Shown: positions 35,350-44,003 of the stretch, one piece after another
How the letters are laid out: every line of letters starts with the position of its first letter
Position numbering within the stretch: the first letter of the stretch is position 1
Virus record (IMG/VR): IMGVR_UViG_3300045988_171964
Length of the DNA: 64,000 nt
Direction: 5' to 3' (one strand)
DNA from: a virus
Made by a program: the position numbers and the translations under genes
The notes under the pieces: generated by a model
The model's input: the letters and a program-made list of their open reading frames with translations, nothing else
Told to the model about the DNA's origin: nothing
Database searches by the model: none

Positions 35350-36981
35350 ATGAAAGGTCTATACGAAATTCTGACCGAAAAGAAGTGGATGGTGAACCCC
35401 GATTTTGTGCATGGCATTCGCAAATCGATTGAGCAGAACCTAAATACTCATACAGTGTTTACCAAACCGGAAAAGACTTGTGGATTCGTCACTGCAGAGG
35501 ATGAAAAAGGCAACACCTACTATCCGGAGGAATATCAGATTTCTGAGGATGGCAAGCAGGTGAAGGGTAACTATCAGCTCGACTATCCGGAAGAGGATGA
35601 GCGGGCGCAGAACTTCCCGTTCGTTTCGGTTCTCACTGTAGATGGTCCTATCACCCGGAATGGTGGATATTGCTCTTATGGTTCTATCGACCATCGTGAT
35701 ATGATGATGCGTGCAGCTGACCATCCGCTTTGTCGAGGTCATCTTTTTATCATTAATACTCCTGGCGGTTCGGCTTGGGCTAAGAACGATTACGCACTTG
35801 CCATCGACTATGCCCACTCCAAGGGTCAGAAGGTTATTGCTCTGGTAGATGGTATGTGTGCCAGTGCAGGTATGTATCTCGCTTCTCTTTGCGATGAGCG
35901 ATATTACCTGAATCCGAAAGACCAGGTTGGTTGCATCGGCGTGATGGCTGCATTCTATACTTTGGCTAATGGCTCAAAGGATAAATACACGGATGAGACT
36001 TATCACGAGGAGTATGACCCAGAGTCATTCGACAAGAATAAGGCTTACCGCGACATCGCCAACAAGAACGATAACAAGGAACTCGTAAAAGAGCTTGCCG
36101 AGTTGGGTGTGGAGTTCAGAGCTGATGTAAAGAAAGCCTGTCCTAACGCTATTGAGGATGTTCACCTGAAAGGTAAGGTCTTCAATGCTGAAGACGTGAA
36201 GGGAATCCTTATGGACGACCAGAGTACCTTTATGGTTTGCGTTCAGCGTTGTTTCGCTCTCTACAACGGCACAGCCGAGCCTATCAAACGAGAGGCTTCT
36301 ATCCAAAAGCCGGAACCGGAAGACAACGAGCCGGAGCAGGCATCAGCATCCACTGCACAAGAGAATCATCAACATACAAACACCAAAAATCAAATCAATA
36401 TGGCAAATTATCCAAAGATCAACGCCGCTTGCGGTATGCAGGCTGGTCAGCAGATTGAGGTAAAGGAGGAAGGCGCATTTATGAATGCCCCATTGCTCGA
36501 TACCCTCGAAGCTCATCTTACATCGCAGGAGCAGGCTGTGGCTGATGCCAAGCAGAAAGCCACCACAGTAGAGCAGAGTCTTGCTGACCTTCAGGCAAAG
36601 CACGACGCACTCGCTGAGACCATCGCCCAGAAGGACGAGGAAATCAAGAACCTGAAAGAGGCAAAGGCTAAGGCAGATGAGGACATCAAGGCCCTCAACG
36701 ATGCCAAGGCAAAGGCTGATGAGGAGAAGGCAAAGGTAGATGAGGAGTTGAAGACCGCCCAGGCTTCACTCGCTACTGCCCAGCAGACCATCGCCGACAA
36801 AGATGCTCAGATTGCTGAGTTGAACGAGAACCCAGGTGAGGAGCCAGCACAGGGTGCTGCACCTCAGAACAACGGTGAAGGTGCAAAGGCTCAGAATCTC
36901 CGTGAGTTCGACCCATCGAAGTACAAAACCAATGCTGAGCGCAAGGCAGCTTACGAGCGCTTTATGCGTGGCGAGGAGTAA
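35350..36981 (+). CDS. S49/ClpP-family prohead protease fused to coiled-coil scaffold-like C-terminus
   Basis: INTPGGSA, DGMCASAGMYLAS and VGCIGV match the SppA/S49 blocks. The C-terminal 200 aa are an A/K/E/D-rich coiled coil (AKAKADEDIKALNDAKAKADEEKAK). Confidence 0.75.
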   Translation: MKGLYEILTEKKWMVNPDFVHGIRKSIEQNLNTHTVFTKPEKTCGFVTAEDEKGNTYYPEEYQISEDGKQVKGNYQLDYPEEDERAQNFPFVSVLTVDGPITRNGGYCSYGSIDHRDMMMRAADHPLCRGHLFIINTPGGSAWAKNDYALAIDYAHSKGQKVIALVDGMCASAGMYLASLCDERYYLNPKDQVGCIGVMAAFYTLANGSKDKYTDETYHEEYDPESFDKNKAYRDIANKNDNKELVKELAELGVEFRADVKKACPNAIEDVHLKGKVFNAEDVKGILMDDQSTFMVCVQRCFALYNGTAEPIKREASIQKPEPEDNEPEQASASTAQENHQHTNTKNQINMANYPKINAACGMQAGQQIEVKEEGAFMNAPLLDTLEAHLTSQEQAVADAKQKATTVEQSLADLQAKHDALAETIAQKDEEIKNLKEAKAKADEDIKALNDAKAKADEEKAKVDEELKTAQASLATAQQTIADKDAQIAELNENPGEEPAQGAAPQNNGEGAKAQNLREFDPSKYKTNAERKAAYERFMRGEE

Positions 36982-37057
36982 GCCCTTCATCATCAGGATA
37001 ACACTAAGTATTCAGGTTAAAACATTCTTATTCATTTTTTAATTAGTAATTGAAATT

Positions 37058-38359
37058 ATGGTAACACTTCCTAAAGATTTTATTGGCACTACTGCCTTGC
37101 AGCATGTAGCCGAGCAGGTAACTAAGGAAATCCTTATGGGTCCAGGTTACACCGATGCAGAGGAGATGGACCGCTTGGCTATCGACATCGTTTCTGGTGT
37201 TCAGTACAAGCGTACTATCCACATTCTGCTCCGTAAGGGCGGTACTACCCGCCGTAAGGACGTTCACACTAAGGTGAACAGCGAGGTAGGTTTCTTGAAG
37301 GAGCGCACAATTACAGTGAAACTCGCTTGGGACCATTATACAGATAACATCGACAAGTACTGCGAGACAGTATTTGGTACAGACGCACAGGGTCAGTACC
37401 CTCTCGCTACCGAGGCTGCTACTGCTATCCTCGCCAACTATGCCGACAACTTGACCGCTTGCTTGTGGAATGGTGACATCGCTCTTGATAAGGGTGATGA
37501 GAGCACACCAGCTTCAGAGCAGGCTATGGCTCTCTATGATGGTTTCCATACCTGTATCAAGCACGACATCGAGGACGGTCTTATCAGCGAGGCTAACGGC
37601 AACTTGATTCATTGTGAGTCAATTGACAAGCCTTCTAGCAACGAGGACTCTACTCCTTACGATAACTTCTTGGATTGGCACCTGAAGTGGGATGCCCGTC
37701 TGCGCAAGCAGAACGTTCTCGTTTACATGAGCGAGTTGACAGCTCAGTACATCGCTGCAGGTTACGCTAACAAGTTCCACGGCAACTTCAAGGTTGAGTA
37801 CGAGAACGGCGGTAACTTCAAGCTTCCAGGTCTTTCTCGTGTAACTCTCTGCCCTATCGCAGATTTCGGTGAGGGTGATCGTATGTACGTTACCATCCCT
37901 AAGAACTTCGTTTACGCAGTTGACTCTGAGGGTAACAAGACTTACGTAGGCGTTAAGGTAGGCACTGACGACGATATGCGCGACATCCAGTTCCAGATTC
38001 AGTCAATCCAGGGTGCAGGTGTCCGCAATCCGTTCAAGTACGCCTTTGCGATGTCAGATGGTGACCTTGCAGCTGCCGAGTATGTAGCTGGTGACTATAC
38101 CAACTCTAACCTCGTAGTAACAACCGCAATGGAGGATGCTTCTACGGTTACAGATGGTAAGGTAAAGGTAAACGGCGCAGCTTATACTGCCCCAGTAGCT
38201 ACAACCGCTAACCAGGTTATCACCTTGGAGGCAGAGGACGGCACAACCGATACCTTCTCTTACTGGAGCTTCGGCAACAAGAAGATTACGGATAAGAAGA
38301 TTCAGCTTGCTGCCACCGGCACAAGCATGGGTGTCACCGCCTTCTTCAAGAAGGGTTAG
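37058..38359 (+). CDS. major capsid protein candidate
   Basis: 433-aa ORF directly after the protease/scaffold and followed by hairpin H6. No motif check was possible. Confidence 0.55.
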   Translation: MVTLPKDFIGTTALQHVAEQVTKEILMGPGYTDAEEMDRLAIDIVSGVQYKRTIHILLRKGGTTRRKDVHTKVNSEVGFLKERTITVKLAWDHYTDNIDKYCETVFGTDAQGQYPLATEAATAILANYADNLTACLWNGDIALDKGDESTPASEQAMALYDGFHTCIKHDIEDGLISEANGNLIHCESIDKPSSNEDSTPYDNFLDWHLKWDARLRKQNVLVYMSELTAQYIAAGYANKFHGNFKVEYENGGNFKLPGLSRVTLCPIADFGEGDRMYVTIPKNFVYAVDSEGNKTYVGVKVGTDDDMRDIQFQIQSIQGAGVRNPFKYAFAMSDGDLAAAEYVAGDYTNSNLVVTTAMEDASTVTDGKVKVNGAAYTAPVATTANQVITLEAEDGTTDTFSYWSFGNKKITDKKIQLAATGTSMGVTAFFKKG

Positions 38360-38372
38360 CCCTCTCCTGCCC

Positions 38373-38399
38373 CCGTCCCCAGTGATTCCATCGCTGGTC
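38373..38399 (+). repeat. hairpin repeat H6
   Basis: CCGTCCCCAGTGATTCCATCGCTGGTC, 14 nt after the stop of the capsid candidate. Confidence 0.8.
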
Positions 38400-38504
38400 C
38401 AACCGGGAAAAGGCAGTCCTCTATAAATCCTCGGCGGCGGTCGCCTGACCTGGCGGAATATGGCTTCCGCCGCCATTTCGTTTAATCATTAAAAAGATAC
38501 AATT

Positions 38505-39083
38505 ATGATAGAAACTGTAACATGCCCAGAGATCAAGGATATTCTCTCCGAGAACGAATGTTTGGAGAACTACGGCGGTCTTGGCGTAAACGTATATGTC
38601 TTTATCAAGAGTGACCTTGCTGCTCCTCTTGCGCCAGAGGCAGGTAAGAATTCTTATGCAGCGTTGACGGCTGCATCCTTCAAGAAGGGTAAGGGTCTTT
38701 TCAAGTTCGAGTGTCAGGATGGCGGTCAGGGTCATACCTGGGAAAACTTGGGCTACAGAAAGGGCTTTAAGCAGACTTTGGACTACATTCTTGAGAGCGT
38801 AAATTCTGCTTCTGCGTATGTGGCTCGTGCTCTCAATAACCTCAAGTGTGGTTACATCATCGAGGATGGTGATAAATCAATCATCATTTACGACAAGCAG
38901 CACGATTTCAAGTACGACTCCGGTAATATTAAGGGAGACACGGGCAAAAAACCAGAGGATGATCGTACAGTGACACTGAGCGGTTCCCTCAGTCCGACCA
39001 TGTATGGCCGCTATGAGATTGCCACACCAGAAGGTGGCTGGGATTCTCTCTGCAACGGTGTAGGCACATCGGGGGAAGTGTAA
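38505..39083 (+). CDS. hypothetical head-module protein
   Basis: 192-aa ORF after the capsid candidate. A G5 run lies just before the stop, and the -1 frame stays open to 39196. Confidence 0.5.
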   Translation: MIETVTCPEIKDILSENECLENYGGLGVNVYVFIKSDLAAPLAPEAGKNSYAALTAASFKKGKGLFKFECQDGGQGHTWENLGYRKGFKQTLDYILESVNSASAYVARALNNLKCGYIIEDGDKSIIIYDKQHDFKYDSGNIKGDTGKKPEDDRTVTLSGSLSPTMYGRYEIATPEGGWDSLCNGVGTSGEV

Positions 39084-39244
39084 GCGGAACTGACAAGAGC
39101 GATACCAATTCCGCTTCACAGCAGTCATCTAAGCGGAGCAAGCAGGTATCATCTATCAATGATGAAACCTCTACGCCCGGCGAAAACGATGAATAATCGC
39201 TCCCCTATCCAATGATTTCCATTGGCAATTTACTCTATAAATCA

Positions 39245-39296
39245 AAGCCTCGGTATTAATCCTTAGTAAAATAAGGCAAGATACCGGGGCTTTTTG
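39245..39296 (+). terminator. intrinsic terminator before the LysR moron
   Basis: AAGCCTCGGTAT...ATACCGGGGCTT stem followed by T5. Confidence 0.6.
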
Positions 39297-39390
39297 CATT
39301 TAAAACTGCACATATCTTTCAGTTTTTAATATCTTATCCCATAATTAGATTTTTTTATGCAAAATGCGTTTACGCATAGAATATTTTTCT

Positions 39391-39398
39391 TATTTTTG
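39391..39398 (+). promoter_or_regulatory. -7 box upstream of the LysR gene
   Basis: TATTTTTG matches the Bacteroidota TAnnTTTG consensus. The TTTGTCCCC upstream element is absent. Confidence 0.4.
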
Positions 39399-39446
39399 CA
39401 GCATAAAATTTTAATATATATAATGTATTTTAAAGAGTAAGAGCTT

Positions 39447-40352
39447 ATGGAACTAAGACATTTACGTTCGTTTGCGTATGTGGCAGAGACGCTTTCTTTC
39501 AGCATCGCCGCCACCCGATGCTTTGTCACCCAATCCGCCATCAGTCAGCACATCAAGGCTCTGGAGGATGAACTGGGATGCAAGCTACTGATACGCACAT
39601 CGCACAGCATCATGCTCACCGAGAACGGAGAGGCACTTCTGCCACGTGCCAAGGAAATACTGAAGTTGGCGGAAGACTGCAAGGAGCATATCAATGCACT
39701 CAACAACTGCATGACCGGAGAACTGCGCATCGGTGTAGGTTCCTTTATCGCACCCTATATCCGTGTGGCTGCACTTATATTCATGGAGCGATACCCTAAC
39801 GTAAGAGTGAATGCCGAATTTTCCAAGGCAACGAGCCTGAACCGCCTGTTGCGAGACCACATGCTGGATCTCGCTTTTACGATGAACGAAGCCTATACCA
39901 ACGAGGGCATCGATAGCCAGCCTTGCATCCCATTCAGTCTTTGTGCCATCATGAGAAACACACACCCTCTTGCCAGGAAAGATAAGGTAACATACTATGA
40001 CCTGCTGAAGCACGGCATCATCATGCCCGATGTAGGCGAACGTGTTTTCAACACTTTTCAGCAATATTTGCAGAACGATCTCACCAAATTAAGCGTAAAG
40101 TGTATCGTCAGTGACCCAGACGAAGACCTTGCCATCATAGAAGATACTCACCTGGTTACTTTTATGCCGAAGCTGTATCTGAAGAACCACCCTACCCTTA
40201 TAGCTCGTCCTATCCATGGCATAGGAGAAGAACTGATGAGCAATGCCCACTGTATGAAGGATGTACCTATGAAGCGTTCTGCACAACTCTTCCTCGACAT
40301 TATCAGGGACGAAGCCATCCCGTATATCAAGGCTTTGGAAGAAACTATGTAG
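39447..40352 (+). CDS. LysR-family transcriptional regulator
   Basis: N-terminal wHTH LRHLRSFAYVAETLSFSIAATRCFVTQSAISQHIKALEDELGCKLLIRT, followed by a roughly 200-aa substrate-binding-sized domain. Confidence 0.9.
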   Translation: MELRHLRSFAYVAETLSFSIAATRCFVTQSAISQHIKALEDELGCKLLIRTSHSIMLTENGEALLPRAKEILKLAEDCKEHINALNNCMTGELRIGVGSFIAPYIRVAALIFMERYPNVRVNAEFSKATSLNRLLRDHMLDLAFTMNEAYTNEGIDSQPCIPFSLCAIMRNTHPLARKDKVTYYDLLKHGIIMPDVGERVFNTFQQYLQNDLTKLSVKCIVSDPDEDLAIIEDTHLVTFMPKLYLKNHPTLIARPIHGIGEELMSNAHCMKDVPMKRSAQLFLDIIRDEAIPYIKALEETM

Positions 40353-40402
40353 TTTAGTACCAAAGTACATTTGTACTTATGTACTTCTGCACGTTTGTAC
40401 TT
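40353..40402 (+). repeat. six tandem 8-mers (wwGTACwT)
   Basis: GTAC or GCAC at 40357, 40365, 40373, 40381, 40389 and 40397, an exact 8-nt period. Starts 1 nt after the LysR stop. Confidence 0.8.
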
Positions 40403-40491
40403 TTTCTTATCTGTCTATTAGTGTTCCTGCTTCATGATTTATCCGCAAGAACATCTAATGAAAATCACTTTTCTGTTTACTTCATTCATGT

Positions 40492-40499
40492 TACCTTTG
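40492..40499 (+). promoter_or_regulatory. -7 box upstream of 40541
   Basis: TACCTTTG. The TTTGTCCCC element is absent. Confidence 0.4.
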
Positions 40500-40540
40500 C
40501 ATACGATTCCGATATTGGAAGAATTTAAACACAAAAAACT

Positions 40541-41053
40541 ATGCAGGTAAAAACGAATGATGGCAACTATGATGTTGCCAGCAAGGGATTGGGTAATACC
40601 GCCCTTGGACTTGGTATCGCAGGTTTGGCTACCAGTTTGCTGGGTGGCGGTGCATCCTTGTTTAACCTCGGTAGAGGTAACAATGGCATGACTGCCAATC
40701 CGAGTGATCCGGATGCACGCTTTGTAACCAAGAGTGAGACCAACCTTATTCAGGAGAACTCTACATTGAAGACGGAACTTGCTATCCAGAAGAGTGAGAA
40801 CTATACCGACAAGAAGATGATAGATGTTACTCAGTATCTTGACGGTAAGATTCGTCAGCTCGAAAACAAGGTAGATGCCAACAAGGATGCACAGCAGGCG
40901 GTCAACGCACAGCAGATGGCATATAATGCCGCTGCCAACGCCAACATCGACGTGCTGAAATCGCAGGTGGCTTCACTCACGAGTGTTACCAAGCTGATGA
41001 TTCCATCGGGCAATGTTTGTCAGATGGGATGCGGATGCGCTTGTAATCAGTAA
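40541..41053 (+). CDS. membrane-associated coiled-coil protein with Cys-rich C-terminus
   Basis: Gly-rich hydrophobic segment ALGLGIAGLATSLLGGGASLF, then a coiled-coil region. Ends in CQMGCGCACNQ. Confidence 0.45.
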   Translation: MQVKTNDGNYDVASKGLGNTALGLGIAGLATSLLGGGASLFNLGRGNNGMTANPSDPDARFVTKSETNLIQENSTLKTELAIQKSENYTDKKMIDVTQYLDGKIRQLENKVDANKDAQQAVNAQQMAYNAAANANIDVLKSQVASLTSVTKLMIPSGNVCQMGCGCACNQ

Positions 41054-41083
41054 CCGTATTTTCGGATAAAAGGAAGAAACGAT

Positions 41084-41506
41084 ATGGATTACAAGAACTC
41101 GCAAATCCTGGCAGCGGTGGTGTCCGAATGGGCACGCCCTGCCATCTCTCAGATAGCGGCTGGCAATCTGATGCACTTGCCTATGCTCCAGTCTCTCCAG
41201 GCTACCATCGGCAGCATGGGACTGGTGAGTGGCAACTATTCTCTGCAAGCCGATATAGAACCGATGATTCAGCCTGTGGTCAATGCGCTTGTCACTCCGA
41301 TGCTCGCCAAGTATTTCGGGAACATTCCCGAAGAGAGCATTCCGCAGATGGCGCACGATGTGGTAGAGCAGCTTCGCTACAAAGGACCGCTCTCTATCCT
41401 GGAGGGTGTGATAACCTTTGACGAGGAAGATCTTGACGAACTCGCCGACCTTCTTCAGAAGAACCTTCCGGTAGAGAAGACCCAGGGCTATCAGGTGAAA
41501 CATTAA
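41084..41506 (+). CDS. hypothetical protein
   Basis: 140-aa ORF. Confidence 0.45.
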   Translation: MDYKNSQILAAVVSEWARPAISQIAAGNLMHLPMLQSLQATIGSMGLVSGNYSLQADIEPMIQPVVNALVTPMLAKYFGNIPEESIPQMAHDVVEQLRYKGPLSILEGVITFDEEDLDELADLLQKNLPVEKTQGYQVKH

Positions 41507-41547
41507 TGCGGCGGTGAAGTCGTCGCTCTATTAAAACAGAAAAGACT

Positions 41548-41970
41548 ATGAATAAAAGAACAATTCCAGCCTGCATCATGGCTACGCTTGCAGTAGGTGC
41601 AACCGCCACTGCTCCCTATTATGATGTAAATATCACGCAGCAGCTCTGTGCTCCTTCATGCGTGGACGAGACTCCGGTTTTCAACCCTCAGTTCTCTGTA
41701 AAGAGTATTGACAACGTGGGTACTTCGCAATATCTCATAACCATTCACGTAGAGGGTGTTATCAGTTACGTGCCTTGCAACTGTGGCTCCTGCTGCACCC
41801 GCTCGCAGGTAGTAAGTCAGGATTTCACCATTCCTGTTTTCTCTGCTACGGCAATCACGAACGTTACCACATCTCTTGGCAGCGTGAAAAACCGTCTTGT
41901 CAAGGTAGCCTGCTGCTCCTGCAGCAAGACTTTCGTGTGCGATGCTCCGTTAACACTCACCATCGCATGA
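41548..41970 (+). CDS. secreted Cys-rich protein
   Basis: Signal-peptide-like N-terminus MNKRTIPACIMATLAVGATATA and about 12 Cys, including CNCGSCC and CCSCS. Confidence 0.45.
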   Translation: MNKRTIPACIMATLAVGATATAPYYDVNITQQLCAPSCVDETPVFNPQFSVKSIDNVGTSQYLITIHVEGVISYVPCNCGSCCTRSQVVSQDFTIPVFSATAITNVTTSLGSVKNRLVKVACCSCSKTFVCDAPLTLTIA

Positions 41971-42002
41971 CTATCCACCAACAAAAGGAAAGGTAAGAGA
42001 CG

Positions 42003-42503
42003 ATGAAGTATATTCAGTTAATAGATCAGGCCCGCGCTCACGGCGTGGCTACCGAGAAGAAGATGATGGAGGCGATGGAGCAGTTGAGCTGCGACCTCGC
42101 CTCCCTGGAGGAAACAAATCCGGAATTGTACTGGTGCATCCTCCGTCACCAGCACGCAGTGTTCTATGATCGTCATTACAGCGAGAAAATGGCCAACCAT
42201 GATGTCTGCCATCTTGTGTATAGCAAGAAAGGCGAGAATGGCGAATTGGTAGGAACCGGGGCACACTGGACCAAATCGCAGATAGTGAATGCCACCAAGG
42301 GCATGAAGTTCCATGATAAGGTGAACGATTGGGATAAGTATGTTGCCTTCAATGCCATGTACGCTGACCTGTGCAGCGATATGACAGAAGATGAAATCAT
42401 CAAGGCAGCTTATCTCTTCTACTTCCAGGATGCAGACTGGCAACCCGAAGAAGACGATTGTACCAAGATATGGGATTATATGTCTGCTCACGCTATGATG
42501 TAG
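42003..42503 (+). CDS. hypothetical protein
   Basis: 166-aa ORF. Confidence 0.45.
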   Translation: MKYIQLIDQARAHGVATEKKMMEAMEQLSCDLASLEETNPELYWCILRHQHAVFYDRHYSEKMANHDVCHLVYSKKGENGELVGTGAHWTKSQIVNATKGMKFHDKVNDWDKYVAFNAMYADLCSDMTEDEIIKAAYLFYFQDADWQPEEDDCTKIWDYMSAHAMM

Positions 42504-42623
42504 TTTGTTTTGAAATAGGTGATATGGATTTCGCACTAGCGAGTGCAAGTATTTAAAGTAAAAAGATTGGGATAACATTTTTTGAAGCCTCTTTGCGCCT
42601 ACAAAAGCCGCAGGGAGGCTTTC

Positions 42624-42660
42624 TTTGTCCCCATCATCTTTTTAGCATTTGCTATCTTTG
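42624..42660 (+). promoter_or_regulatory. phage promoter d
   Basis: TTTGTCCCC, 25-nt gap, TATCTTTG. Upstream of the endolysin gene. Confidence 0.6.
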
Positions 42661-42697
42661 CCATCAGAAGAAATAAAAACGATAAAACAGAAAAGAT

Positions 42698-43252
42698 ATG
42701 GCAAAGATTCAACCTCTTGCAGATTTCATCCTCTCCTTCGAGGGAGGTTACGTCAACCACCCCAATGACAAGGGCGGTCCTACCAACATGGGCGTAACAT
42801 TGAAAACCTGGCAAACCCAAGGTTACGACAAGAACAACGATGGCCGCATAGACGCAAAGGACGTGAAGCTTATCACCAAAGCCGATGCTATCTCCATCCT
42901 TCGCCGCTGTTACTGGAACCGATGGAAAGCCGATGACATCAAAGACCAAAGCATCGCCAACATCCTGGTAGATTGGGTCTGGTCTAGCGGCACACCAGGC
43001 GTAACCCTCGTGCAAGCCATGCTTGGCGTAAGAGCCGATGGTATCGTGGGCAACAAAACCCTCAAGGCGCTCAACGCCCAGTCCCCTAAGCAGTTCTTCG
43101 ACCGCATCAAGGCTCGCCGCAAGCAATATATAGCCGGCATCATCGCCAAGCACCCTAGCCAGCAAGTCTTCGAGGCAGGTTGGCTCCGTCGCCTCAATGC
43201 GATCAATTACGGCAGTCTCATCGCCAATGGCGGCAAGAAAATAAGTTTTTAA
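42698..43252 (+). CDS. endolysin, GH108-type lysozyme with PG-binding-like C-terminus
   Basis: FILSFEGGYVNHPNDKGGPTNMGVT matches the GH108 EGGY...D.GG.T..G signature. 38 nt downstream of promoter d. Confidence 0.85.
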   Translation: MAKIQPLADFILSFEGGYVNHPNDKGGPTNMGVTLKTWQTQGYDKNNDGRIDAKDVKLITKADAISILRRCYWNRWKADDIKDQSIANILVDWVWSSGTPGVTLVQAMLGVRADGIVGNKTLKALNAQSPKQFFDRIKARRKQYIAGIIAKHPSQQVFEAGWLRRLNAINYGSLIANGGKKISF

Positions 43253-43273
43253 CAAATAAATAAAGTAAAAAAA

Positions 43274-43888
43274 ATGGCTTCTTACAATGGAAATGTTGAC
43301 CTTTTGTCTCTGAATGGAGCAAAGGTCTTAGTAGGTATCGATGAGAAGAATGTAAAGCGTCCTTATGTTTGCATTCCTCTGGATGTAAACGAAATTCGAA
43401 TAGAGACATATCAAAAAGATAATGTTAACAGACAGGTGGCTAAGTTGAGAGTTCACATCGAACCTTTTAAAGATTCGTACAAGAATAAGATTCGACAGAG
43501 TAATATCGAGCGTGGCGACACCGACAAAAGTGTGCCTACCCACGAAATGCAAATATCATTCTCCACCGAGTACGTCAAGGCAGTAGCCAAAGCATTCCCG
43601 AAACTCGTAGAACAGGTAAAGGAGTATAGTAAGGAGAAAGACCCTGACATCGTAAATCAGGATTTCAACGACGAGAACTCTCACCTCTTCAAGGCAATCC
43701 GTACTCGCATGAATAAGCGCATCGCCAGCCTCTATCAGCCACAGACCGCTACCCAGCAGCAGACGTACCCACAGCAAGCCTACGGAGCCGCTGGCAACGC
43801 TACCGCCTATGTACCGCCAGCAGATGGAGGCAATGATTACTCTTCAATGCCAGGTTACGATGATCCGAACAGCGACCTGCCATTCTAA
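43274..43888 (+). CDS. possible ssDNA-binding protein
   Basis: A Q/P/G/Y-rich linker and the C-terminal tip DDPNSDLPF resemble the SSB acidic tail (DDDIPF). An N-terminal OB fold could not be verified. Confidence 0.35.
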   Translation: MASYNGNVDLLSLNGAKVLVGIDEKNVKRPYVCIPLDVNEIRIETYQKDNVNRQVAKLRVHIEPFKDSYKNKIRQSNIERGDTDKSVPTHEMQISFSTEYVKAVAKAFPKLVEQVKEYSKEKDPDIVNQDFNDENSHLFKAIRTRMNKRIASLYQPQTATQQQTYPQQAYGAAGNATAYVPPADGGNDYSSMPGYDDPNSDLPF

Positions 43889-43895
43889 AGGTTTT

Positions 43896-43990
43896 ATTGA
43901 ATGTTGAATGTTGAGTGTTGAATGTTGATTTAGGCTAGCGCCCTTGAGTCCGTGAGGCAACTCAACATTCAACATTCAACAATCAACATT
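43896..43990 (+). repeat. P6 (complete)
   Basis: The arms flank the spacer TTTAGGCTAGCGCCCTTGAGTCCGTGAGGCAA. Confidence 0.9.
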
Positions 43991-44003
43991 AAATTTAACG
44001 CTT

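Noticed and set aside
42599-43255. 218-aa minus-strand ORF
   Set aside because: It is antisense to the GH108 endolysin, which has an unambiguous signature and its own promoter.
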